From positions 194-64,193 of the forward strand of contig CAYUSM010000001.1 of assembly GCA_964447345.1 (NCBI GenBank): a stretch of DNA of 64,000 nt, in the 5' to 3' direction. Below, piece after piece: positions 8,714-19,037 of this stretch (positions within the stretch are counted from its first letter, which is position 1; each line of letters starts with the position of its first letter). This DNA comes from an uncultured Sulfitobacter sp. GTDB lineage: Bacteria; Pseudomonadota; Alphaproteobacteria; Rhodobacterales; Rhodobacteraceae. Made by a program: the position numbers and the translations under genes. The notes under the pieces were generated by a model. That model did not search any database. It worked only from the letters and a program-made list of their open reading frames with translations, and was not told the DNA's origin.

Positions 8714-9050
8714 TCGAAGCGAGTAACGTGGTGCTGCTGAAAGGTCTTTGCAGATAGGCGTATCTGAGGTCTGCTCTTTCTTCAGCACTCTCGTCATCGC
8801 CAATGATCAGAAATTTGGCTCTTGGAAGCGCTTTGCCAACCGCTTCCAAAGCACTCATCACGACCGCAGCAGGCCCAGACAGCACCACCACGTAGCTGTC
8901 GTCCGACAGGACTGCATCTGCCCAAGCCGATTTGATATTTTCAAACCCGGCGATCAACTGATCCGCAAACTCTTCCGCGAGAGTTTCGCAGATATCAGCC
9001 CGCACAAGGGGGTCTTGTTCAAAAACGAGAAACGGCATGCCGATATTCAC
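8673..9050 (-). CDS. Single-domain pseudo-receiver protein
   Basis: Receiver-like pattern FLVFEQDPLVRADI...YVVVLSG...FLII...YLQRPFS, with the phospho-Asp and conserved Lys substituted. Confidence 0.6.
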   Translation of the reverse strand: MNIGMPFLVFEQDPLVRADICETLAEEFADQLIAGFENIKSAWADAVLSDDSYVVVLSGPAAVVMSALEAVGKALPRAKFLIIGDDESAEERADLRYAYLQRPFSSTTLLASIRTVLSDQREDHS

Positions 9051-9126
9051 CCCTGCTAGAGTGCCAAGATAAAGGTTCAGCCGGTGCGGCGCTATAAACT
9101 ATGACATACTGAGGGACAAAGAATTC

Positions 9127-9855
9127 ATGACCACGAAGTGCCAAAATTGCCCTTTACATCGCAAGGACTTATTCAAAACCATGACGTCAGATGAACTGGC
9201 TTTCATGCAGAAATTCAAGGTTGGCGAGCTTACGGTTGATCCCGGCACACCGATTCTGATGGAAGGATCAAACGCACCCCAGCTCTTCACTGCACTGTCG
9301 GGCATGGGGATCAGAGATACGTCACTGCTTAATGGCGAGCGTCAGGTCATCAGCTTTGTCTTTCCGGGTGACTTTATCGGCTTGCAGGCAGGTGTTCTGG
9401 GTGAAATGTCCCACTCAGTTGAGGCGCGGACGCACATGCGCCTCTGCGTTTTTGACCGGTCCGAATTCTGGCATTTCTTCAGGTCTCATCCCTCTCGCGG
9501 ATTTGACGTAACGTGGCTGGCCGCTGTAGAAGAGCACTTCTTAGGTGAGACACTTGCCACCGTCGGGCAGCGCAGCGCCATCCAAGCGATTGCCTGGGCC
9601 CTGGTCAAAGTCTTTCAGCGCGGCAAATCGCTGGACATGGTGACCAATAGCGAAATGGAATTCCCGTTCACGCAACGCGATCTGGCCGATGCACTGGGTT
9701 TGTCGCTTGTTCACACAAACAAGACACTGGCCAAGCTCAAGGAGCGTCAGCTGGCCTCCTGGACGGACGGCATTTTGCGGGTCAACGATGTTGAGAAACT
9801 TGCCAAGGTTGGCGTTACGTCAGCAGACGCACCAAAAGAGCGGCCGCTTATGTAA
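9127..9855 (+). CDS. Crp/Fnr family transcriptional regulator
   Basis: N-terminal CQNCPL; cNMP-type barrel (FVFPGDFIG); HTH TQRDLADALGLSLVHTNKTL. Confidence 0.9.
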   Translation: MTTKCQNCPLHRKDLFKTMTSDELAFMQKFKVGELTVDPGTPILMEGSNAPQLFTALSGMGIRDTSLLNGERQVISFVFPGDFIGLQAGVLGEMSHSVEARTHMRLCVFDRSEFWHFFRSHPSRGFDVTWLAAVEEHFLGETLATVGQRSAIQAIAWALVKVFQRGKSLDMVTNSEMEFPFTQRDLADALGLSLVHTNKTLAKLKERQLASWTDGILRVNDVEKLAKVGVTSADAPKERPLM

Positions 9856-9857
9856 TT

Positions 9858-10784
9858 TCAAGGGTCGACCTCGATGATAGTGTCGGCTGCGTATGCGCCC
9901 CGCTGGCCCGCAGGCTTGGCGGGTCCGACGGTGCTGTCAGGCTTAGTACGCATTTCGATCTGGGCGTTTAACGCGGCCCCGTAGAGCACAAGAAAGCTGC
10001 TGATCCACAACCAAATCAACATGGCGATCACAGCGCCAATGGATCCGTAGACCTGATTGTAGTTTCCAAAGTTCGCCACATAGTAGGAAAAGCCAATCGA
10101 AAGAATGGCCCAAAACACAACCGCGACAATTGCACCGACGGACAGCCAGCGGATACGTGCGCCCCGCCGGTTCGGCCCGTAGCGGTAAAGCAATCCGATC
10201 CCGGCAAAGAGCACACCGATGGCAATGATCCAGCGCAGCACGTCGATCAAAAACGTTCCCACGGCGCCGAAGGGGAAGAACGCAAGCACGACGGGTATGA
10301 CGACAAGGCTCATCAGCGCGACAATGCCTACGCCGACCAGCGCAATGGTCAGCATGAGCGCGCGGAAATAGTGCTTTGCTGTGGCCCTGTCCCGCTCATT
10401 GTAGACAGAGTTCAGACCGGTAATCATTGCGCCCACACCGGCGCGCGCAGACCAAAGCGCCAAAGCCAGCGACACCAGACCGGCCCACCCAAGCGTATCG
10501 GTGCTTGCCGTGATGAGGCTGACCACCTGACTGTTCAAAATCTCGTACACATCGTGGGGCATGAATGGCCGCATGTCTTCAAGCTGTGCGATCACGACAA
10601 CTGGATCGGACACCAGACTGAGCAAAGCGATCAGCGCGGCCAAGCCGGGAAAGAGCGACAGCATCGAAAAGAACGCCACACCGGCAGAGACCAAAGCGAG
10701 GTTGTTCTCTCCCACATGGGCGAAACTCGCCTTTAGCGCATCCCAGTACGCGGCCAATCCAAGGGAAGGAGCCAAACCAGCCAC
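9858..10784 (-). CDS. YihY/BrkB family membrane protein
   Basis: SAGVAFFSMLSLFP, LYRYGP, YNQVYGSIGAVIAMLIWLWIS. Confidence 0.9.
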   Translation of the reverse strand: MAGLAPSLGLAAYWDALKASFAHVGENNLALVSAGVAFFSMLSLFPGLAALIALLSLVSDPVVVIAQLEDMRPFMPHDVYEILNSQVVSLITASTDTLGWAGLVSLALALWSARAGVGAMITGLNSVYNERDRATAKHYFRALMLTIALVGVGIVALMSLVVIPVVLAFFPFGAVGTFLIDVLRWIIAIGVLFAGIGLLYRYGPNRRGARIRWLSVGAIVAVVFWAILSIGFSYYVANFGNYNQVYGSIGAVIAMLIWLWISSFLVLYGAALNAQIEMRTKPDSTVGPAKPAGQRGAYAADTIIEVDP

Positions 10785-10802
10785 CTTATGTGCATCTCCC
10801 TG

Positions 10803-11666
10803 TCATTGCCCTTCTAGATCATCACGCACCTGACCCCAAGCGACCAATGTGAAAACGAGCGTCCCACCAAAGATATTGCCTGCCAGCACAGGAAGGAAGA
10901 AGCCAAAGATCGCACCATTGGCTCCAAGCTCTCCCTTGAGGAACAAAAACGCCATCTCAACAGATCCGGCCACGATATGGGTAAAGTCACCAGCCGCGAT
11001 CAGCCATGTGAACACCAGGATCAAAAAGAACGCCGCCGCATCCGCCTGCGGCAACATCCATACAATCAACGCCACAATCACCCCAGCCGGTATTGCACGC
11101 CAGAAGCCGGTGGACGCCCCCATGCCAGTCGCATGGCGCGACAGTTCCTCAATCGCCGGCATGATTTCCGGCGGGAGCGCGGGCGTAAATACAAACAAGG
11201 CGGCAACAGTGAATGCCCCAATGACGTTCGCGCCCAGAACGATCACCCACAACCTGATCATTGATCCGAATGCCGTCAAAGTCCGTTCGCGCATGATCGG
11301 AAGGACGGTTGTGATCGTGTTTTCGGTAAACAGCTGCATTCGGCCCATGATCACTGCGAGAAAGCCCAGAGAATATCCAAGGTTCTCAATCAGGTACCGG
11401 GATGGTGTATCAGGCAGGTACGTGCGAAAAATGGCCTCGCCCAGCACCGACAGACTGATCAGCATGCCTGCGGCAATGCCGGACCAGATCAAAGAACGCT
11501 TGGTCCGGGCCAGTTCCTCCTCACCCTCGCGCCGGATGACTTCATAGATCAGTTTGGGGGAAAGCCCGGTCGCATCTTTGACTGTGCGCTCCTCTTCCTC
11601 TGCTTCGGAAGGATGCGCGGTTCCATATTTCGTAATCAGCGGTGCCATCGTACCAAGTTCCTGCAT
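10803..11666 (-). CDS. Formate/nitrite transporter family protein (YfdC-like)
   Basis: EGEEELAR, QLFTENT, HIVAGS, GNIFGGT; the start could be 11648. Confidence 0.88.
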   Translation of the reverse strand: MQELGTMAPLITKYGTAHPSEAEEEERTVKDATGLSPKLIYEVIRREGEEELARTKRSLIWSGIAAGMLISLSVLGEAIFRTYLPDTPSRYLIENLGYSLGFLAVIMGRMQLFTENTITTVLPIMRERTLTAFGSMIRLWVIVLGANVIGAFTVAALFVFTPALPPEIMPAIEELSRHATGMGASTGFWRAIPAGVIVALIVWMLPQADAAAFFLILVFTWLIAAGDFTHIVAGSVEMAFLFLKGELGANGAIFGFFLPVLAGNIFGGTLVFTLVAWGQVRDDLEGQ

Positions 11667-11772
11667 TTGACTGCTACAGAACTAGCGCGCAGGTGCAACA
11701 TTGACAGGTCATGCTTGCATTCCGAGGCCTGCCAAATCATCCCTGTGTCACACCATCGCAAAGGACGCTTCG

Positions 11773-13026
11773 ATGATCACAGATGACACCGCGCTCACGC
11801 AATCTATCCGGGATCGCTTTGCTCATGTGGACAGCTGTCCGTTTCAGGGGCCGCGCATCTTCTTTGAGAATGCAGGCGGTGCGTTAACATTGAAATCGGT
11901 GGTCGAAACCTCAGCGACGTTCGCAGCGATCCCGGACAATCAGGGCCGCGACAATCCAGCATCCGCCGCGCTTGTTGACGTGATCAAGCGCGCCAAGGCG
12001 GATATGGCGCTCTTTTTCAACGCGCCAGAGGGCCGTTTCTTTGTCGGTGAATCCGGTACTGAATTGACCTTTCGGCTGATCCGCACGGCGGTGATGGGCA
12101 CAGACCCTGCTGGTGCTGTGATCGGATCATCGGTGGAACACCCCGCGTCGCGCAGCGCGGCTCAGCATTGGGCAAAGATGGCTGGAAAGCGTTACATCAA
12201 CGTCGTCCATGACGATGCAACAGGCCGTGTCACGCCGGAAGCCTATGGGGCTGGCATGACGCCAGACGTCACGGTCGCGACCATTCTCCACACCTCGCCC
12301 GTCACAGGCATTGCGAACGACGTCGCGGGCATCGCTGCTGCGATCCGCGCTGTGGCCCCTGAGGCCATCATCATAGTGGACGGCATTCAACACGCCAGCC
12401 ACGGGCACATCGACATCGCGAGCTATGACATAGATGGCTACGTGGTCTCGCCCTACAAGGTCTTCTCGCGCCATGGCTATGGGGTGGCCTGGGCCTCGGA
12501 CCGGCTGACGGCACTGCCAATCGAAACGCTCAAAGACAGCCCTGCGGGGAACTGGGAAATGGGAACGCGTGATACGGGTGCCTATGCAACCTTCTCGGAC
12601 GTCGTGCGCTACATCGAATGGCTGGGTGGTGAGGTATCGGAAGCGACCGACCCGCGCTCAAAGATAGAGGCGGCAGGTGCCGCCATTCACGACCACGAAA
12701 AGCGCCTGACCGAAGCGATGTTGCATGGCATCGACAACCTGCCTGGTATTGCAGATTTGCCCGGTGTCACCGTTCTTGGCGGTGTGGAAAACCCGTACCG
12801 TGAGGGATTGGTTTGTTTCGCACTCGCGGGGATCGCCGCCGCGGAGATCGTGGACAAGCTGAACGCTCAGGGCATTCGCACGCATATTCGGCGCGCGGAT
12901 CACTATTCCGGCAATATTCTGGACCCAATGGGATTGGACGCTGCCGTGCGTGTATCGCTTTGCCACTACAATACGCTTGATGAAGTCCGAAGCCTGCTGA
13001 CAGCGATGCAGGATATCGCAAGATAA
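11773..13026 (+). CDS. Class V PLP enzyme, cysteine-desulfurase-like but lacking the catalytic Cys
   Basis: FFENAGGAL, EHPAS, VDGIQH, SPYKVF (PLP Lys), VRVSLCHYN; RRADHY replaces the R.G.HC motif; AAGGA RBS before ATG 11773. Confidence 0.85.
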   Translation: MITDDTALTQSIRDRFAHVDSCPFQGPRIFFENAGGALTLKSVVETSATFAAIPDNQGRDNPASAALVDVIKRAKADMALFFNAPEGRFFVGESGTELTFRLIRTAVMGTDPAGAVIGSSVEHPASRSAAQHWAKMAGKRYINVVHDDATGRVTPEAYGAGMTPDVTVATILHTSPVTGIANDVAGIAAAIRAVAPEAIIIVDGIQHASHGHIDIASYDIDGYVVSPYKVFSRHGYGVAWASDRLTALPIETLKDSPAGNWEMGTRDTGAYATFSDVVRYIEWLGGEVSEATDPRSKIEAAGAAIHDHEKRLTEAMLHGIDNLPGIADLPGVTVLGGVENPYREGLVCFALAGIAAAEIVDKLNAQGIRTHIRRADHYSGNILDPMGLDAAVRVSLCHYNTLDEVRSLLTAMQDIAR

Positions 13027-13071
13027 CCGCAGGCTCTTGCCAAATCACGCCGCACAGAGAACGATGCGCGC

Positions 13072-14355
13072 ATGAACACAACCTTAGCCCAAGCCATTGA
13101 AGCCAAACGCGATGACCTGATCGCGCTGACCCAAGATCTGATCCGCATGCCCACGCTGAACCCGCCAGGGCAGGATTACCTGCTGATCTGCGAATATCTC
13201 GACAAAAGGCTCAAGAAATCTGGTTTTGAGACCGATTTTGTCCGTGCCTACGATACCCCCGGCGACAGTGAGAAGTATCCCCGCTGGAACATTGTCGCGC
13301 GCCGTGAAGGGGCGCGGAATGGCGAATGTGTCCATTTCAACAGCCACACCGATGTGGTGGAAGTCGGCGCCGGATGGACCTTTGATCCTTTTGGTGGCGA
13401 AGTCTCTGACGGCAAGATCTATGGGCGCGGGACCTGCGATATGAAAGGGGGCCTTGCGGCCTCAATCATAGCTGCAGAAGCCTTCATTGAGACGCATCCC
13501 GACTATGTCGGGGCCATTGAGATTTCCGGGACTGCGGACGAAGAAACGGGCGGCTACGGCGGTGTCGCCTATCTGGCCGAGCAGGGATACTTCGACCCCA
13601 AGCGCGTCCAGCATGTGATCATCCCCGAACCTCTGAACAAGGACCGTATTTGTTTGGGCCACCGCGGTGGCTGGTGGGCGGAGATCGAAACCAAGGGCGA
13701 AATCGCACATGGTGCGATGCCCTTTTTGGGCGATTGCGCGGTAAGGCACATGGGTGCGGTCCTGCAGGAGTTCGAAGACAAGCTCTTCCCCGCCATGGCG
13801 TCCCGCTACACTGACATGCCCGTCGTCCCCGAAGGCGCGCGGCAATCAACGATGAACATCAACTCAATCCACGGTGGGGAGAACGAGCCGGAGCCAGGCT
13901 TTACCGGTCTGCAGGCCCATTGCGTGCCAGACAGCTGCCGGATCGTGATTGATCGCCGTTTTCTGGTGGAGGAACCGCTGGATCAGGTCCGCGCAGAAGT
14001 CACCGATCTTCTGGAAGGGTTGCGCGAGACGCGCGAGAACTTCGAGTATGAGATCACCGAAAGGAACTCCGTCCTGCCTTCGATGACGGACAAGGAAGCG
14101 CCCATTGTAAAGACGGTGGCAGATGCCATTCAGGACGTGATGGGCAAGGAGCCTGAATACGTCGCCTCCCCCGGCAGCTATGACCAAAAGCACATTGACC
14201 GGATCGGAACGCTGAAAAACTGCATCGCCTACGGCCCGGGCATTCTCGATCTTGCGCACAAGCCGGATGAGTATATTGGCATCGACGACATGATCGACAG
14301 CGCCAAGGTGATGGGTGCGGCGTTGGAGACGTTGCTGCTGCCGAAAGAGGCTTAG
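13072..14355 (+). CDS. ArgE/DapE family (M20) metallo-deacylase
   Basis: FNSHTDVV, YGRGTCDMKGG, DEETGG, IIPEP, AHKPDE. Confidence 0.9.
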   Translation: MNTTLAQAIEAKRDDLIALTQDLIRMPTLNPPGQDYLLICEYLDKRLKKSGFETDFVRAYDTPGDSEKYPRWNIVARREGARNGECVHFNSHTDVVEVGAGWTFDPFGGEVSDGKIYGRGTCDMKGGLAASIIAAEAFIETHPDYVGAIEISGTADEETGGYGGVAYLAEQGYFDPKRVQHVIIPEPLNKDRICLGHRGGWWAEIETKGEIAHGAMPFLGDCAVRHMGAVLQEFEDKLFPAMASRYTDMPVVPEGARQSTMNINSIHGGENEPEPGFTGLQAHCVPDSCRIVIDRRFLVEEPLDQVRAEVTDLLEGLRETRENFEYEITERNSVLPSMTDKEAPIVKTVADAIQDVMGKEPEYVASPGSYDQKHIDRIGTLKNCIAYGPGILDLAHKPDEYIGIDDMIDSAKVMGAALETLLLPKEA

Positions 14356-15596
14356 GCCGCCAAAGCCAACCCGTCCACAATTGCGGTCAGCGCCGCACCG
14401 CGGTGGACTTCTGCCTTTGGCATGCGCGTCGTCAGGGCATCCTCAACCACCTGCATCAAGCTTGAGCCGCCGACGAAGATCAACTTCGTCACCGCCTCGG
14501 CGTCAACTTTGGCCTCCGCCAGGGTTGCCTCCGCCGCCGCTCCAATCTCGTCTGCGAGTTTGGACAGCTTCTGCGTCATCATCTCGGCAGGTAGAGGCAA
14601 TGTCGCGCCGCGCCTGAGCATATCGAGTTTGATCACCGGGTCCGCGATGCCGTGTGTGTTGGCCATGATCTTGCCTGCCTCAACGGCGAAGGCGAGATCG
14701 TGGCCCAGCTCTTCTTCCAGCACCTTGACCAGGCGACCAAGGCGTTTCTCGTTCACCGCGTACTTGTGAAGCTCTTTTGCTGCCCGCAGGGTATCAGGTC
14801 CGTAAAGAAACGGGATCTTGGCCCAAGTCGCCAGATCGTTGAAGATAGCGTTTGGCGCGATGTGCGTGTCGTTGCCAAAGGCGTGGCGGATCGGGCTGCC
14901 CATGCCAAGCTGTGGCATCACGCGCGCGATGCTGAGCCGCCGGTCAAAGTCGGTGCCACCAATGCGCACGCCGTAGCTGCCCAGAATGTCGATGCCTGTC
15001 CCGGAATCTTGCCGAAACAGCGTGAAGTCCGAGGTCCCGCCGCCGATGTCGACGATCAGACCAATATCACCGGGATTCAGTACATCGCGGTTGGCCAAAG
15101 CCGCCGCTTCGGGTTCGTTCAGAAAGGCGACATCGGCAAAGCCTGCGCGGTGATAGCACTCGGTCAGATCGACGAGCGCCTGTGCGTTGCGTTCAGGATG
15201 GTCAGAATGAAACCGCACCGGCCTTCCCGATAGTGCCGCATCGAATGTCGACCCCGTTGATGCTTCGGCCCGCGCCTTCACCTCGGCCAGAAACCGCGCG
15301 ATGATGTCGATGAAATCCAGCCGTTCGCCCAGCAGCATCCGGCGCTCGCGGATCAGACGGGTGCCCAGCAGGCTCTTGAGCCCACGCATGAAACGCCCTT
15401 CATCCCCGCGCAACAAGGCCTCGGTTGCGCGTGCGCCCACAACCATCTTCTGCGCGTCAAAATCAAAGAAGACCGCCGTGGGGATTGTCTGCGCATCCGC
15501 CTCAAGCGCAATCAGCTTCGGGGTGCCATCTACAGATACCCCCGCTGCTGAATTCGACGTGCCAAAATCAATGCCCAACCGCTGTGCCATGTCCAT
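14352..15596 (-). CDS. Hsp70 family protein (YegD-like)
   Basis: GIDFGTSNS, GRPVRF, EPEAAA, DIGGGTSDF, GGTDFD, FVGGSS; start placed at MDMAQ. Confidence 0.88.
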   Translation of the reverse strand: MDMAQRLGIDFGTSNSAAGVSVDGTPKLIALEADAQTIPTAVFFDFDAQKMVVGARATEALLRGDEGRFMRGLKSLLGTRLIRERRMLLGERLDFIDIIARFLAEVKARAEASTGSTFDAALSGRPVRFHSDHPERNAQALVDLTECYHRAGFADVAFLNEPEAAALANRDVLNPGDIGLIVDIGGGTSDFTLFRQDSGTGIDILGSYGVRIGGTDFDRRLSIARVMPQLGMGSPIRHAFGNDTHIAPNAIFNDLATWAKIPFLYGPDTLRAAKELHKYAVNEKRLGRLVKVLEEELGHDLAFAVEAGKIMANTHGIADPVIKLDMLRRGATLPLPAEMMTQKLSKLADEIGAAAEATLAEAKVDAEAVTKLIFVGGSSLMQVVEDALTTRMPKAEVHRGAALTAIVDGLALAA

Positions 15597-15722
15597 TATC
15601 CCGCTGACAAGGCGCGTGTCCCTAACGGCTTGCTTGACCAAAGGCAAACCCTTCTTTGCCAAGACTGGTCAGGCGACGGCGTTTTGGATAGCTTCTTCTT
15701 AATGACAATATGGGAGACCACC

Positions 15723-17201
15723 ATGATCCACCTTCGCCAGTTTCTTCTTGGCGCGAGCACTGCGGCCCTGATGGCCGGTGCGGCAGCGGCCAAAGATGAC
15801 ATCACCGTTGCCATCCAGCTTGAGCCACCACACCTTGATCCAACCTCCGCTGCGGCAGGGGCCATCGACTCGGTGCTTTATTCAAACGTCTTTGAGGGGC
15901 TGACCCGATTCATGTCTGATGGGTCTGTCGTACCGGGGCTGGCGGAGTCCTGGGAAATCTCTGACGACGGGCTGACCTATGCCTTCAAACTGCGCTCCGG
16001 CGTGACGTTCCATGACGGCACCGCGATGGACGCCGAAGACGTGAAGTTCTCGCTCGACAGGATCATCGCCGAAGACAGCGCCAACGCGCAAAAGGCGCTT
16101 TATGCCGCGATCTCAGAAGTGACGGTCGTTGACCCGCAGACCGTCGAAGTGAAGCTGAGCGAGCCCAACGGCAACATGATCTTCAACCTTGCCTGGGGCG
16201 ATGCGGTTATTGTGGCGCCCGAGAGCATCGACAATATCAAGCAAACGCCCATAGGCACCGGTGCCTTCAAGTTCGAAAGCTGGACCCAGGGCGACAAAGT
16301 CGAACTGGTGCGGAACGATGACTACTGGGGGGACGCGCCTGCGCTCTCTGCGGCGACGTTCAAGTTTATCTCTGATCCCACCGCCGCCTTCGCTGCGGTG
16401 ATGGCCGAAGACGTGGATGTTTTTGCAGGCTTCCCGGCACCTGAAAACATCCCTCAGTTTGAGGCGGACCCGCGTTTTCAGGTGATTGTCGGATCGACTG
16501 AGGGCGAGACGATCCTGTCGACCAACAACAAGCAGCCGCCTTTCGATAACGTCAAAGTCCGGCAGGCGCTGGCCCATGCCATTGACCGTCAGGCGATCAT
16601 CGACGGTGCAATGTTCGGCCTTGGCACGCCCATCGGGACCCATTTCGCGCCCCACAACCCGGCCTATGTTGATCTGACGGGTCAGTCGAACTATGACCCC
16701 GAAAAGGCCAAGGCCCTGCTGGCAGAGGCCGGTTTTGCCGACGGCTTTGAGACCACGCTGCACCTGCCGCCGCCGTCCTATGCCCGTCGTGGGGGCGAGA
16801 TCATTGCCTCCCAACTGGCCGAGGTTGGCATCAAGGCCGAGATCACCAATGTGGAATGGGCGCAGTGGTTGGAAACAGTGTTCCGCGGCAAGAACTTTGG
16901 CCTGACCATCGTCAGTCACACCGAACCGATGGACATCGGCATCTACGCCAATCCTGACTACTACTTCCAGTACGACAACAAGGCGTTTCAGGACCTGATT
17001 GCGAAGTTCAACACCACCTCTGATCCGGACATGCGCAATCAGATGATGGCGGAGGCCCAGCAGATTATCGCGGATGACTATGTGAACGGGTATCTCTTCC
17101 AACTGGCCCTGCCGACCATTGCCAAGGCGAACATTCAGGGGTTGTGGGAAGATGCTCCGACGCAGGCAAACGACCTGACGGGTGTGAGCTGGTCGGAGTA
17201 A
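15723..17201 (+). CDS. Peptide/nickel-type ABC substrate-binding protein (family 5)
   Basis: Signal peptide; LAESWEISDDGLTYAFKLRSGVTFHDG; GTGAFKF; VRQALAHAIDR; GGGAG RBS before ATG 15723. Confidence 0.92.
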   Translation: MIHLRQFLLGASTAALMAGAAAAKDDITVAIQLEPPHLDPTSAAAGAIDSVLYSNVFEGLTRFMSDGSVVPGLAESWEISDDGLTYAFKLRSGVTFHDGTAMDAEDVKFSLDRIIAEDSANAQKALYAAISEVTVVDPQTVEVKLSEPNGNMIFNLAWGDAVIVAPESIDNIKQTPIGTGAFKFESWTQGDKVELVRNDDYWGDAPALSAATFKFISDPTAAFAAVMAEDVDVFAGFPAPENIPQFEADPRFQVIVGSTEGETILSTNNKQPPFDNVKVRQALAHAIDRQAIIDGAMFGLGTPIGTHFAPHNPAYVDLTGQSNYDPEKAKALLAEAGFADGFETTLHLPPPSYARRGGEIIASQLAEVGIKAEITNVEWAQWLETVFRGKNFGLTIVSHTEPMDIGIYANPDYYFQYDNKAFQDLIAKFNTTSDPDMRNQMMAEAQQIIADDYVNGYLFQLALPTIAKANIQGLWEDAPTQANDLTGVSWSE

Positions 17202-17226
17202 GCTCGATCTAAGACGAAATGACTTA

Positions 17227-17252
17227 GGGCCCTGGCAGCGCCGGGGCCTTTT
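17227..17252 (+). terminator. Intrinsic terminator after the SBP gene
   Basis: GGCCCTGGC-agc-GCCGGGGCC followed by TTTT. Confidence 0.7.
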
Positions 17253-17255
17253 CAT

Positions 17256-17780
17256 TCAAAGTTCCCATCGCACCACGATGTTGGATGACCGCCACAACGG
17301 GCCGGGATCGACGAACTTCCCCACTTCCTTACCACCTAAGTGACGATAAAACCTGCGGGCATTGTCGTTCCCCTCGACCACCGCAAGAGAAGCGGCGCGG
17401 TGCCCGGCAGCACGATGATGATCCAGCGCGGCATTCAGCAGCGCCTTGCCCAAGCCGGTGCCGCGGGCGGCATTGGCGACGTAGAGGTGCTTGATTTCAA
17501 TGCTGTCCGCCATGGCAGCATCTCTCGGATGACCAGTGCTGATCACGCCCAGGATTTGTCCTGACACCTCACCGAGGATGACCTGTGTTTCTGGGTCGGA
17601 GGCAACCAAAGCTTCGTTCCAATAGGGCAGCCTCCGCGCGACGCCCAGTTGTTCATAGGCTTCGGCTGTTGCCATGGATCGATAGGTGTCACGCCACACG
17701 GCGACATGCAGTTCGGCCAATGCCTGTGCATCGGCGGGCCAACCCTGTCGCAAGGAATATTCGGCTTGGAGACTAGTCAT
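17256..17780 (-). CDS. GNAT family N-acetyltransferase
   Basis: Acetyl-CoA motif A LYVANAARGTGLGKALL; NDNARRFYRHLGG. Confidence 0.88.
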   Translation of the reverse strand: MTSLQAEYSLRQGWPADAQALAELHVAVWRDTYRSMATAEAYEQLGVARRLPYWNEALVASDPETQVILGEVSGQILGVISTGHPRDAAMADSIEIKHLYVANAARGTGLGKALLNAALDHHRAAGHRAASLAVVEGNDNARRFYRHLGGKEVGKFVDPGPLWRSSNIVVRWEL

Positions 17781-17811
17781 TTGGCGCCTGCTTCCGCTTG
17801 TTGGGCGTGCA

Positions 17812-18930
17812 TTACCCCGGAAAGCTCCGCTGGTTCAATGCCGTCACAGCCTCTCGCACCTCATCCCGCACCGGACCTTCGCGGGGCGCATCCTTCAATG
17901 TCGTGAACCAATGTTCGGGCGGGTTCTTGCCGCGCCGGTTGCCCTCAAACCGCAAGGCACGCATCACCTGCTCTGCCGCCGCTGGCAATTGTTCTGGCGT
18001 ATCATTCCCGTTCAGGACGCCCCAGACTTGCGTCCAGAGCCGCCCCACAGACCACGGATTATACCCGCCGCCGCCCAATACCATTAACCGTGGCGCCATC
18101 CCCATCAACCCGCGCAGCACGCCCAGTTGCGCATTGTTGCTGAGGGCCATGTGGGACAGCGGGTCTTCTTCCAATCCATCCGCCCCGCAAAGCAGCACAA
18201 TCGCATCAGGCTGAAACACAGCGACCTTGGGCAGGATCAGTTCGTCTCGCACCAGCGCCATCTCGCTGTCATTGAACCCTCTCGGCACCGGCAGGTTGAA
18301 GGCATTGCCCCCTCCATTGTTCTCAATCGGGCCGCTGCGGGGCCACAGCCGCGCTTCATGCACCGAAATCATCAGGCACTCGGGATCACCACCAAAACCC
18401 ATCTCGACGCCATCAGGGTGGTGCGCGTCAATGTCGACGTAAGCGATGCGACGCACACCATGATGGCGCAGGCTCAGCATCGCGAGGACCGGATCGTTCA
18501 GGTAACAGAATCCGTTTGCCCTGTCCGGCATGCCATGATGTGTTCCGCCTGGCGGGTTATAGATGACGCCCCCGTCTTTCAGCAGTTCGCCTGCCAGGAT
18601 TGAACCACCCGCCGCCGTAGCTGGTCTGCTGAAAATCTCAGGAAAAACAGGGTTTGTCACACTGCCGATATCGTGGCGTTCTTGGTCCGCTTTCGTCGCC
18701 TCTTGACTTGCCTGCACGCGCTGAAGGGCGGCGACATACTCCGGCGTGTGCCAGTTGATGAGAGCATTTGGTTTCGCCCTTGGCGATGAAATGAATTGCT
18801 CTTTCGGCAACCATCCCAATGCGCGTGACAGGTCCATAACCGTCGAAACCCGAGGCACGCGAAGCGGATGCCATCGACCGTAAGACGAATGGCGAAAGAT
18901 TTCATGTCCGATGAAGAGCGGCCGATCCAT
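17812..18930 (-). CDS. acuC: AcuC/HDAC family Zn-dependent deacetylase
   Basis: GGTHHGMPDRANGFCYLND, YVDIDAHHPDG, ISVHE, GADGLEEDPL, GGGGY. Confidence 0.88.
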   Translation of the reverse strand: MDRPLFIGHEIFRHSSYGRWHPLRVPRVSTVMDLSRALGWLPKEQFISSPRAKPNALINWHTPEYVAALQRVQASQEATKADQERHDIGSVTNPVFPEIFSRPATAAGGSILAGELLKDGGVIYNPPGGTHHGMPDRANGFCYLNDPVLAMLSLRHHGVRRIAYVDIDAHHPDGVEMGFGGDPECLMISVHEARLWPRSGPIENNGGGNAFNLPVPRGFNDSEMALVRDELILPKVAVFQPDAIVLLCGADGLEEDPLSHMALSNNAQLGVLRGLMGMAPRLMVLGGGGYNPWSVGRLWTQVWGVLNGNDTPEQLPAAAEQVMRALRFEGNRRGKNPPEHWFTTLKDAPREGPVRDEVREAVTALNQRSFPG

Positions 18931-18983
18931 CGCGGTAATGTAGGACCTTCAAACTCCAGCACCAGTGCAACCCTTCTACGCAA

Positions 18984-19010
18984 CAAATAGGGGTGCCCGA
19001 AGACACCCCA
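18984..19010 (-). terminator. Possible terminator of the HdeA-like gene
   Basis: GGGGTG...CACCCC stem with a U-rich tail on the minus strand. Confidence 0.5.
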
Positions 19011-19037
19011 GTTTGTAGTTCGTTCTGTCAGCGACGC

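Noticed and set aside
11634-11661. GGAAC motif near the FNT gene start as an EcfG promoter
   Set aside because: The -10-like ATT is about 2 nt too far away and the motif overlaps the candidate start codons.
11773-13026. Call as cysteine desulfurase (sufS/iscS)
   Set aside because: The catalytic Cys motif is missing and there are no suf/isc neighbours.
16113-17255. 380-aa minus-strand ORF
   Set aside because: Antisense shadow of the ABC substrate-binding gene.
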